Origin: Patescibacteria group bacterium
GTDB taxonomy: Bacteria; Patescibacteriota; Saccharimonadia; Saccharimonadales; 2-12-FULL-41-12
Direction: 5' to 3'
NCBI GenBank assembly: GCA_038064875.1
Contig: JBBTSC010000001.1
Location: 443,004-507,003, forward strand
Length of the DNA stretch: 64,000 bases
In this document: piece after piece, positions 25,976 to 32,979 of the stretch
How positions within the stretch are numbered: the stretch's first letter is position 1
How the letters are laid out: every line of letters starts with the position of its first letter
Position numbers and translations under genes: made by a program
The notes under the pieces: generated by a model
The model's input: the letters and a program-made list of their open reading frames with translations, nothing else
Told to the model about the DNA's origin: nothing
Databases searched by the model: none

Positions 25976-26521
25976 CTATTTGGCTCGAACTCCACCCGGC
26001 TGGATTACCCACCACAGACCTCCGTGTGTACTAACATTGTGGCATTTTACTTCACCGACTTTCTCATGCGCATAGTAGTATAACGGGTGACCATTGTAGG
26101 TAACTTGAGTGGTACCATCAGTGCGTTCTGTCGTTCCGAGAAGTTCACTATTGATGCCACTGGATGCGACTGGTGAACCACTTGTAACTACAGGTGGCCA
26201 CGCTTTGGCACAATCACCGTAACATTCAGCTTTCGTTGACTTCTCTAATTCCCAGATGTATATGGCCTGTCCTCTGCTGTCAAAAAGTATTGGACCAAAC
26301 TCGCTGTTACCAGACTTTATAATTGTTCCTGTAGCAACATCTTCCTTTTTAACTTCAGCTTTGGCCTCAGGTTGCGTTACTCTAGTTTCTTGATTAATTG
26401 CGGGTTCATTGCTTTTAGTGTTTGATTTAGATACAAAATAGCCAACGCCAGCGACTCCTATTACAACCACAAGTACAGCCAGCCAGACCAAACGAGTACG
26501 CTTTACGCTTATTAATGTCAT
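25976..26521 (-). CDS. secreted/lipoprotein-like protein, COG4315 (Lipoprotein_15 repeat) family
   Basis: N-terminal TM/signal helix, CAKAWPP, and a GHPLYYY repeat pattern. Confidence 0.7.
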   Translation of the reverse strand: MTLISVKRTRLVWLAVLVVVIGVAGVGYFVSKSNTKSNEPAINQETRVTQPEAKAEVKKEDVATGTIIKSGNSEFGPILFDSRGQAIYIWELEKSTKAECYGDCAKAWPPVVTSGSPVASSGINSELLGTTERTDGTTQVTYNGHPLYYYAHEKVGEVKCHNVSTHGGLWWVIQPGGVRAK

Positions 26522-26705
26522 GAACTAATCATATCAAAAACAAAGACAAATTGCTTATATTTGGAGGACTCGCCCACATTCTACGGGCCCAGAACTTTCA
26601 AGCTAGCAACAAGTAGCTATGCTGAAAGATTCTCTTGCAAAATGCTAACAGCATTTCTCACCCTCTCCACCCTTTTGGCGTGTTGAAGTTTCGAGCCCGC
26701 TATCC

Positions 26706-26733
26706 AAATAAAATACCGATCACAAGGATCGGC
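26706..26733 (-). terminator. intrinsic terminator after tRNA-Lys
   Basis: CCGATC/GATCGG stem followed by TATTTTATTT on the minus strand. Confidence 0.45.
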
Positions 26734-26741
26734 GCTTTATT

Positions 26742-26818
26742 TGGAGGGCCAGGAGGGACTCGAACCCTCGACACCCTGCTTAAGAGGCAGGTGCTCTAAC
26801 CAGCTGAGCTACTGGCCC
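26742..26818 (-). tRNA. tRNA-Lys (anticodon CUU), CCA encoded
   Basis: Hand-folded: acceptor GGGCCAG/CTGGCCC, anticodon arm CCTGC-CTCTTAA-GCAGG, T arm GAGGG-TTCGAGT-CCCTC. Confidence 0.9.
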
Positions 26819-26889
26819 ATGATCACTCAACTTTACCAGATTATCTCTGTTAATTCAAGCTGGGAGGTGGTATAATGATCTTCTGATTT

Positions 26890-26966
26890 GCACCCGTAGC
26901 TCAGCGGATTAGAGCACTGGTCTTCGGAACCAGGTGTCGTAGGTTCGAATCCTACCGGGTGTACCA
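26890..26966 (+). tRNA. tRNA-Arg (anticodon UCG), CCA encoded
   Basis: Hand-folded: anticodon arm CTGGT-CTTCGGA-ACCAG, T arm GTAGG-TTCGAAT-CCTAC. TGgTATAAT lies upstream. Confidence 0.9.
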
Positions 26967-26980
26967 AGATTGTTAATTTA

Positions 26981-27012
26981 AAAATCCTGAGTATTTTCTT
27001 AGGATTTTTTGT
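26981..27012. terminator. bidirectional hairpin between tRNA-Arg and the convergent HTH gene
   Basis: AAAATCCT/AGGATTTT stem flanked by A- and T-runs. The stop codon of the minus-strand gene lies inside it. Confidence 0.45.
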
Positions 27013-27520
27013 TTTGATCGAAAGATTTGATTGTCTCTTTGAGAACTTCTATCATTTTCTCTGCATGCTCTCGGCTCATGCCTACACGTGATACGGGGGT
27101 TGATTGCCCGTTTATCTGTTGTGAGAATTGGATAACTACTCCACCTTGATTGACTGTGGCCTGCATACTGTCTGTATAAACTACTTTGCTGTCCAAGGGC
27201 ATGAGCATTACCATTTGTTTAGTTAGCGCATCCTCAAGTCCACGACCGAGCGCCTCCTGAGTCTTCGTATCATAATCTTCAATTGTTTTGAGCAGTTCAT
27301 CAGCCTGTTCGTCTGTCAGCAAGAAGTGCTCGATAATCATATCCAAAATGTCTTCACTCGGTAGGGTTTTTCCAGACTCTATAGCGTGTAACAAAGCCTC
27401 ATCGAGTTCTAATGTACCAGACAGTTCACCAATGGACTGATTCCATTGCTCTCGCAGAGATCGTATCTTGGCACCGAGATCTTGAAATGGTTGATTTTGG
27501 TCGTTTTTGTTAGAACCCAT
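26999..27520 (-). CDS. XRE-type HTH protein with a DUF3467-like C-terminal domain
   Basis: N-terminal HTH pattern (LGAKIRSLREQWNQSIGELSG...IESGK). The C-terminal VVYTDSMQATVNQGGVVIQFSQ...MSREHAEKMIEVL resembles DUF3467. Confidence 0.6.
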   Translation of the reverse strand: MGSNKNDQNQPFQDLGAKIRSLREQWNQSIGELSGTLELDEALLHAIESGKTLPSEDILDMIIEHFLLTDEQADELLKTIEDYDTKTQEALGRGLEDALTKQMVMLMPLDSKVVYTDSMQATVNQGGVVIQFSQQINGQSTPVSRVGMSREHAEKMIEVLKETIKSFDQNKKS

Positions 27521-28604
27521 ATCTACATGCTACGCCTATTTAACGTACGATTCAAGCATAACAAGTTATAATAATAATGTGATAGATATCAAAGAAAATA
27601 TTAGCTTAAAAGAACACTCGACAATGCGACTGGGTGGCAATGCTCGCTACTACTGCGTCGTAACCACTATGTTTGAGCTAAAAGAAGCTGTGGAATTCGC
27701 TGATAGCAAGTCAATCGATGCAATCATGATTGGCGGAGGAAGTAATATCATCTGGCAAGACAGTGGATACGACGGACTTGTTATTGTGGGTAATATAAAG
27801 AATTATGAAGTTAATGATTCGCTTGATCAAACATTTGTAACGGTTGGCAGTGGCGAGAATTGGGACGAAGTCGTTGGAAAAACTGTTGAAGCGGGACTAT
27901 CTGGACTAGAATTTATGTCTCTCATACCAGGAACCGCTGGTGGCACACCAGTGCAAAATGTTGGTGCATATGGTGGTGAAGTTGCGCAAACACTTGTTTC
28001 TGTCCAAGCTTATGACCGGAAGGCCAAAAATTTTGTAACTCTTTCTAACGCAGATTGTGAATTTGGTTATCGCACCAGTCGATTTAAAACAAATGACAAG
28101 GGTCGGTTTTTTATCTTTTCACTAACATTCTCCTTGTCTATGAATCCACCGAAAGGTCCTTTTTATGGATCTCTCGAGGGTTATTTGAAACAAACTGGCG
28201 TGACGAGCCCTACATCAGCCGACATAAGAAATGCTGTCGTAGAAATTCGAACCAATAAATTACCAAATCCTGAGCAATACCCTAATTGTGGATCCTTTTT
28301 TGCTAATCCTGTAATCGAGATGAACCAACTAAGACTTATAAAAGAGAGTTATCCGGGCATTAAATACTGGGAAGTTCCAGGCGGAAAGGCAAAGATTTCG
28401 GCTGCTTGGCTGATAGAAGCTATCGGACTAAAGGGATTTGTGGAGCAAAATACAGGAATTCGCGTCTGGGACAAACAGCCACTTGTTCTAATAAATGATC
28501 ATGCTACGAGTACAGCTCAGCTGATTGCATTTCGTGACGCAGTCATTCAAAAAATAAAAGCTAAATTTGAAATCACCCTACACCAAGAACCGGAGATTAT
28601 TTAA
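27507..28604 (+). CDS. murB: UDP-N-acetylenolpyruvoylglucosamine reductase
   Basis: HSTMRLGGNARYY, GGGSNI and the C-terminal MurB pattern. The true start may be GTG 27579, 6 nt after TATAAT 27567-27572. Confidence 0.9.
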   Translation: MLEPISTCYAYLTYDSSITSYNNNVIDIKENISLKEHSTMRLGGNARYYCVVTTMFELKEAVEFADSKSIDAIMIGGGSNIIWQDSGYDGLVIVGNIKNYEVNDSLDQTFVTVGSGENWDEVVGKTVEAGLSGLEFMSLIPGTAGGTPVQNVGAYGGEVAQTLVSVQAYDRKAKNFVTLSNADCEFGYRTSRFKTNDKGRFFIFSLTFSLSMNPPKGPFYGSLEGYLKQTGVTSPTSADIRNAVVEIRTNKLPNPEQYPNCGSFFANPVIEMNQLRLIKESYPGIKYWEVPGGKAKISAAWLIEAIGLKGFVEQNTGIRVWDKQPLVLINDHATSTAQLIAFRDAVIQKIKAKFEITLHQEPEII

Positions 28605-29038
28605 AAATTATATTCGCTGTAGTACTGATCTTTTGCCAGCAAAGGTAATACTGTTGATACGTCGGGTGCAATATTAGTTGGTAAATTATCCATATCAAAC
28701 CATTTAAGTTCATCGCATTTGCTTGGTTCTGCATTATGTAAATCACCAGACCATTCTGTAATCTCAAAGAAAAAATGCACCCGTTCATGATCTTTTTTGT
28801 CCGACATAGCATGTGCTACATGGACAAATTTTAATTGTTCAACTACAACATCAATGCCAATTTCTTCTTTTAATTCACGGATGATTGAACTTTTGGCACT
28901 CTCTTTAGTTTCAACGTGTCCAGCCGGTAGACTATACATTCCATCCATGTACCCAGTGTTTGCACGCTTAATTAATAATACTTGGTTCTTGTTACGCACG
29001 ATGCCATAAACTGCTGGAACTATTTTATGTCTAGCCAT
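28601..29038 (-). CDS. NUDIX hydrolase
   Basis: Nudix box GHVETKESAKSSIIRELKEEIGI. Confidence 0.85.
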   Translation of the reverse strand: MARHKIVPAVYGIVRNKNQVLLIKRANTGYMDGMYSLPAGHVETKESAKSSIIRELKEEIGIDVVVEQLKFVHVAHAMSDKKDHERVHFFFEITEWSGDLHNAEPSKCDELKWFDMDNLPTNIAPDVSTVLPLLAKDQYYSEYNF

Positions 29039-30320
29039 TTTTCTGATCGCTTGGGAGTGGGAATTGATGAGCTAGTTCAGTGACTTCTTTTTTGATCTGC
29101 GCGAGTTTTTTCTCGTCATTTCTATTTACTACTGCTTGTTTCATCCATTCGGCAATCAATATCATGTGCTCTTCCTTGAGCCCACGTGTTGTGATAGCGG
29201 GAGTGCCAAGTCGTAGCCCTGACGGCCTAAATGGCGGATTTGTATCATTAGGAATTGAATTACAGTTAGCATTAAGCTCTACTCTATCGAGAACGTCTTG
29301 AATTTCTCTACCATCAACGTCAAAACTCTTAACCATATCAATCATGATCAGATGATTATCTGTACCATTGGTGATAAGTTTAAAACCTCGACTCATTAGC
29401 TCGTCAGCGAGTTTGCTGGCATTAACAACAATTTGCTTTGCATATGTCTTGAATTCTGGCTGAAGCGCTTCCTGGAAAGCTACCGCCTTGGCAGCAATGG
29501 TGTGCATGTGTGGGCCACCTTGGAATCCTGGAAATACTTCTCGGTCAATTAGAGTTGGTAGATTTTCAATGGTCTTTTCTGGAGCTTTCATTGGATTACT
29601 AACGGTTCCGTTACTCAAAACTAATCCTCCGCGTGGGCCACGGAGCGTCTTGTGAGTTGTGGTAGTAATAATATGAAAACCGAAGTCCAGTGGATTTGGT
29701 AGAATCTTACCGGCAATCAATCCCGCTATGTGCGCCATATCAGCCATCAAAACTGCACCTACTTCATTACCAATATCTGCAATCTTCTTATAGTCAAGAT
29801 TTCGCGGAAAAGCAGAAAATCCAGCAAGCAAAATTTTGGGTTTTTCTTTAAGAGCAACTGCACGCATCTCTTCATAGTCAATCTCACCTGTCTCAATATC
29901 TTTCATACCGTAACGAACAAAATTGTATAGTTTTGCACTTGAGGTTATTGGATGCCCGTGTGTTAAATGCCCGCCGTGGTCAAGCTTCATAGCCATGACC
30001 GTATCGCCAGGCTCAAGCCATGATTGATAAACAGCAATGTTCGCCGGGGCACCAGAGTGAGGTTGGACATTTGCATGATCAGACCCAAAAAGCTGTTTAG
30101 CACGGTCAATTGCAATCTGTTCTAATTTGTCAGTATTTTGCTGGCCACCGTAGTATCTTTTGCCCGGGTATCCCTCTGCGTATTTGTTGGTAAATTCACT
30201 ACCAAGAGCGTCAAGAACTTGACGTGAAACATAGTTTTCGCTGGGTATGAGCTCTAAGCCATCACGTTGCCTCTGAATCTCGGCAATGATTAGCTTGTCT
30301 ATGACCTCATCTCTCTTCAT
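29031..30320 (-). CDS. glyA: serine hydroxymethyltransferase
   Basis: LELIPSENY and TTTTHKTLRGPRGG (PLP lysine). Start trimmed to ATG 30320, 7 nt after a TATAAT. Confidence 0.95.
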   Translation of the reverse strand: MKRDEVIDKLIIAEIQRQRDGLELIPSENYVSRQVLDALGSEFTNKYAEGYPGKRYYGGQQNTDKLEQIAIDRAKQLFGSDHANVQPHSGAPANIAVYQSWLEPGDTVMAMKLDHGGHLTHGHPITSSAKLYNFVRYGMKDIETGEIDYEEMRAVALKEKPKILLAGFSAFPRNLDYKKIADIGNEVGAVLMADMAHIAGLIAGKILPNPLDFGFHIITTTTHKTLRGPRGGLVLSNGTVSNPMKAPEKTIENLPTLIDREVFPGFQGGPHMHTIAAKAVAFQEALQPEFKTYAKQIVVNASKLADELMSRGFKLITNGTDNHLIMIDMVKSFDVDGREIQDVLDRVELNANCNSIPNDTNPPFRPSGLRLGTPAITTRGLKEEHMILIAEWMKQAVVNRNDEKKLAQIKKEVTELAHQFPLPSDQKNG

Positions 30321-30410
30321 TACTTTAATTATAGCGAAAGTTATTGGCTCTACCAAACGTAAGCTGATCAAGTTGAAATAATTCATTTGATGATATAGAA
30401 TGTCTTACAC

Positions 30411-31931
30411 ATGCCAAAAACAAATGCGAAAATTGGTCTTTTAATCCAACACGTGCGACAAGAACGCGGAATGACCCAGGCCAGCCTAGCAAAACATCTA
30501 GGAACAAGTCAGAGTGCGATCAACCGCATAGAAAAAGGTAATCAGAACCTAAGTATTAATATGATCGGCAAGATCAGCGACATCCTCAACAAGCCGATCC
30601 TGCAAGTAGACAGTGGTGCCACAAACCTCCGAATAGAAGGCGGACAAGAGCTATCTGGAAGTGTATCTCTCAAAAAGAGCAAAAATGCAGCTGTTGCACT
30701 TCTGTGCGCGAGCTTGCTCAACCACGGGATAACTCGGTTCAAATCTTTTCCAAAAATAGAAGAGGTCAACAGAATTATTGAAACACTTGAGAGTATCGGC
30801 GTAAAAATCAAATGGGGCAAGAACGGTGACATAGAAATCAGAAGACCGGCAAAACTCAATCTAGAAAAAATAAACTCAAACTCAGCCAAAAAAACAAGAA
30901 GCGTTATTATGTTACTCGGCGCACTGATGCATGAATACAGTGAGTTCAAAATACCATATGCAGGGGGCTGTAAGCTGGGCGAACGTACGGTTACACCACA
31001 TCTTTATGCGCTGGAACAATTCGGTGTATCAATAGATACCAAAAATCATTATTATCATGTTAAATCTACTCCAAAGCACGTTAAGAGAGTAGTATTGTAC
31101 GAAGCTGGAAATACTGTTACCAACAACGTGCTGATGGCTGCGGCTTTCGATACGACTCCTACCATCATTCAGGGCGCAAGTGCTGACTATATGGTGCAAG
31201 ATCTTTGCTCATTTCTGAAAAGATTGGGTGTAAAGATAGACGGAGTTGGATCGCCAGTACTTACGGTCACAGGCATTTCAAAAGCAAAGAAAAATATATC
31301 TTTCAGTGCAACAGAAGACCCGATAGAGGCTATGTTCTTTATTTCTGCAAGTGTGACAACAAATTCTAGTATCACAATCGAGCGAGTACCTTTTCATTGG
31401 ATAGGTCTAGAGCTACTAAAGTTAGAGAAAATGGGCCTTGCCTTTAAAGTTGGTAAGCCCTACCCGTGTGACAACGGAGTTACTGAGCTTGCTGACATAA
31501 AAATCGAAAAGCACGATGGAAATCTCCGCGCACCTATAGAAAAGATCCATCCGAATTTGTGGCCTGGGCTCAACCCGGATAATATTCCATACTTCGTACC
31601 AATTTGTGCAACCGCAAAAGGTAGGACTCTAATCCACGACTGGATGTTTGAAAATCGAGCAATATACTACACCGAACTGACAAAGATTGGGGCACATGTA
31701 GAGCTAGCTGATCCTCATAGATTATATGTAACTGGACCAACAAAGTGGGAAAATAGCGACGTTATTTGCCCCCCTGCTCTACGCCCAGCTAGTCTGCTAC
31801 TGATAGGAATGCTTGCTGCCGATGGAATTAGCACTCTTCGAAATGTTTATACAATAAATAGAGGTTACGAAGATTTGGCTAATAGGCTTAATTCGCTTGG
31901 TGCTAAAATAACCGTAATGAGCGAAATCTAG
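30411..31931 (+). CDS. murA: fusion protein: N-terminal XRE HTH domain plus MurA-type UDP-GlcNAc 1-carboxyvinyltransferase
   Basis: aa 1-65 match the XRE HTH (RQERGMTQASLAKHLGTSQSAINRIEKG). The rest aligns by eye with MurA (SKNAAVALL for K22/N23; YAGGCKLGERTV for the Cys115 loop). Confidence 0.85.
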   Translation: MPKTNAKIGLLIQHVRQERGMTQASLAKHLGTSQSAINRIEKGNQNLSINMIGKISDILNKPILQVDSGATNLRIEGGQELSGSVSLKKSKNAAVALLCASLLNHGITRFKSFPKIEEVNRIIETLESIGVKIKWGKNGDIEIRRPAKLNLEKINSNSAKKTRSVIMLLGALMHEYSEFKIPYAGGCKLGERTVTPHLYALEQFGVSIDTKNHYYHVKSTPKHVKRVVLYEAGNTVTNNVLMAAAFDTTPTIIQGASADYMVQDLCSFLKRLGVKIDGVGSPVLTVTGISKAKKNISFSATEDPIEAMFFISASVTTNSSITIERVPFHWIGLELLKLEKMGLAFKVGKPYPCDNGVTELADIKIEKHDGNLRAPIEKIHPNLWPGLNPDNIPYFVPICATAKGRTLIHDWMFENRAIYYTELTKIGAHVELADPHRLYVTGPTKWENSDVICPPALRPASLLLIGMLAADGISTLRNVYTINRGYEDLANRLNSLGAKITVMSEI

Positions 31932-31982
31932 TATTTTCACCTCTGCTCATGTTATACTTTTCAAACCTGAGGCACGCCATAT

Positions 31983-32057
31983 GCGGGTGTCGTATAACGG
32001 CTAATATGCCTGCCTTCCAAGCAGGCGATGAGAGTTCGATTCTCTCCACCCGCACCA
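31983..32057 (+). tRNA. tRNA-Gly (anticodon UCC), CCA encoded
   Basis: Hand-folded: anticodon arm CCTGC-CTTCCAA-GCAGG, T arm GAGAG-TTCGATT-CTCTC. Confidence 0.9.
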
Positions 32058-32066
32058 AATTTAAAT

Positions 32067-32143
32067 GCCCTGGTAGCTCAGCTGGATAGAGCAGGAGACT
32101 TCTAAGCTCAAGGCCGTAGGTTCGAATCCTACCCGGGGCACCA
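32067..32143 (+). tRNA. tRNA-Arg (anticodon UCU), CCA encoded; weak anticodon stem
   Basis: Good acceptor, D and T arms. The anticodon loop CTTCTAA is flanked by only 3 Watson-Crick pairs (G27/A43 and A31/G39 are mismatched). Confidence 0.7.
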
Positions 32144-32194
32144 CATTTTTATAAACACTTTTCCCGATAAGTAATCAAGATTTGATAATTTATC

Positions 32195-32225
32195 GGGGCC
32201 AGGAGTTTACTCTTTGGCTCCACCA
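32195..32225 (+). other. tRNA-Ala-like acceptor minihelix ending in ACCA (relic or small RNA)
   Basis: GGGGCCA pairs with TGGCTCC, including G3:U70, then GGAG-TTTA-CTCT, then ACCA. The same acceptor signature occurs in tRNA-Ala and tmRNA. Confidence 0.35.
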
Positions 32226-32244
32226 CGTTTTTACTCAAAATTGT

Positions 32245-32322
32245 GGCGGGTGTAGCTCAGCTGGTTAGAGCGCCGGGTTGTGGTTCCGGAGGCCGTGGGT
32301 TCAAGACCCATCACTCGCCCCA
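32245..32322 (+). tRNA. tRNA-His (anticodon GUG) with encoded G-1 and CCA
   Basis: G-1 lies opposite C73. Anticodon arm CCGGG-TTGTGGT-TCCGG, T arm GTGGG-TTCAAGA-CCCAT. Confidence 0.9.
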
Positions 32323-32328
32323 AAATTA

Positions 32329-32979
32329 TTACAAATTTGAAATCAGAAAAACTACTGCTATGGGTACGAGCAGGTTATCCAAGCCCTTGATAGTGGTATT
32401 TTCTATAATGCTAAGAGTTATTGGCATTGCTATCAATAGCCAGACATAATCCTCGTACCTTCCAGAAAGCAAGATATAAAAAGTCGTTATCACCAAAGAA
32501 CATAGTAAGAAAGTTACTGAGCCGAGCACTGTCTTGGCTTCGTGTCCTATATGATAAGCAATCTTTTTGCCCCATTTTTTGCCAACAACTGCTGCCAAAC
32601 CATCAGCCAATGCCAAGTGTGCTACGGCAACAAAAAATACCCATGGGTCTTCTGTTATAAACGATGTCATGAGTATCCCTAGTGGGAAAAGCACTGCTCC
32701 GTACGTCTGTCGGCTGACACTATGTATCGACGAAAAAATCTTGAAGTAGTGCGAAGTGAGCGCTACAGTGAACATGAGAGCAGACAAAACTTTTATCTCT
32801 GGAAAATCTATCAAAAAGGGCCAGCTAGCTATCCAAAGACCGCCAACAATATGTATGAACTTCCGAGAGAGTTCGTTTGAAAGTATTTTTTTGTACCATA
32901 GTATTTCGCCTGCAAAAACCACAAAGCCAAGAACGGCTGATACTACAATAATTGAAAAGATATTCAGTTGCTCTATCAT
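32329..32979 (-). CDS. membrane protein of the CTP-dependent polyprenol/diacylglycerol kinase / cytidylyltransferase (CdsA-related) family
   Basis: Multi-TM protein with RKFIH and LADGLAAVVGKKWGK motifs. Confidence 0.6.
   Translation of the reverse strand: MIEQLNIFSIIVVSAVLGFVVFAGEILWYKKILSNELSRKFIHIVGGLWIASWPFLIDFPEIKVLSALMFTVALTSHYFKIFSSIHSVSRQTYGAVLFPLGILMTSFITEDPWVFFVAVAHLALADGLAAVVGKKWGKKIAYHIGHEAKTVLGSVTFLLCSLVITTFYILLSGRYEDYVWLLIAMPITLSIIENTTIKGLDNLLVPIAVVFLISNL

Noticed and set aside
28597-28604. The convergent murB and NUDIX genes share overlapping stop codons, with no terminator between them.
   Set aside because: This is real in the sequence but common in compact genomes. It is not evidence of anything beyond genome compaction.
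32243-32449. A 68-aa ORF starting MAGVAQLVRAPGCGSGGRGFKTHH.
   Set aside because: It is a translation straight through tRNA-His, continuing antisense into the next gene.
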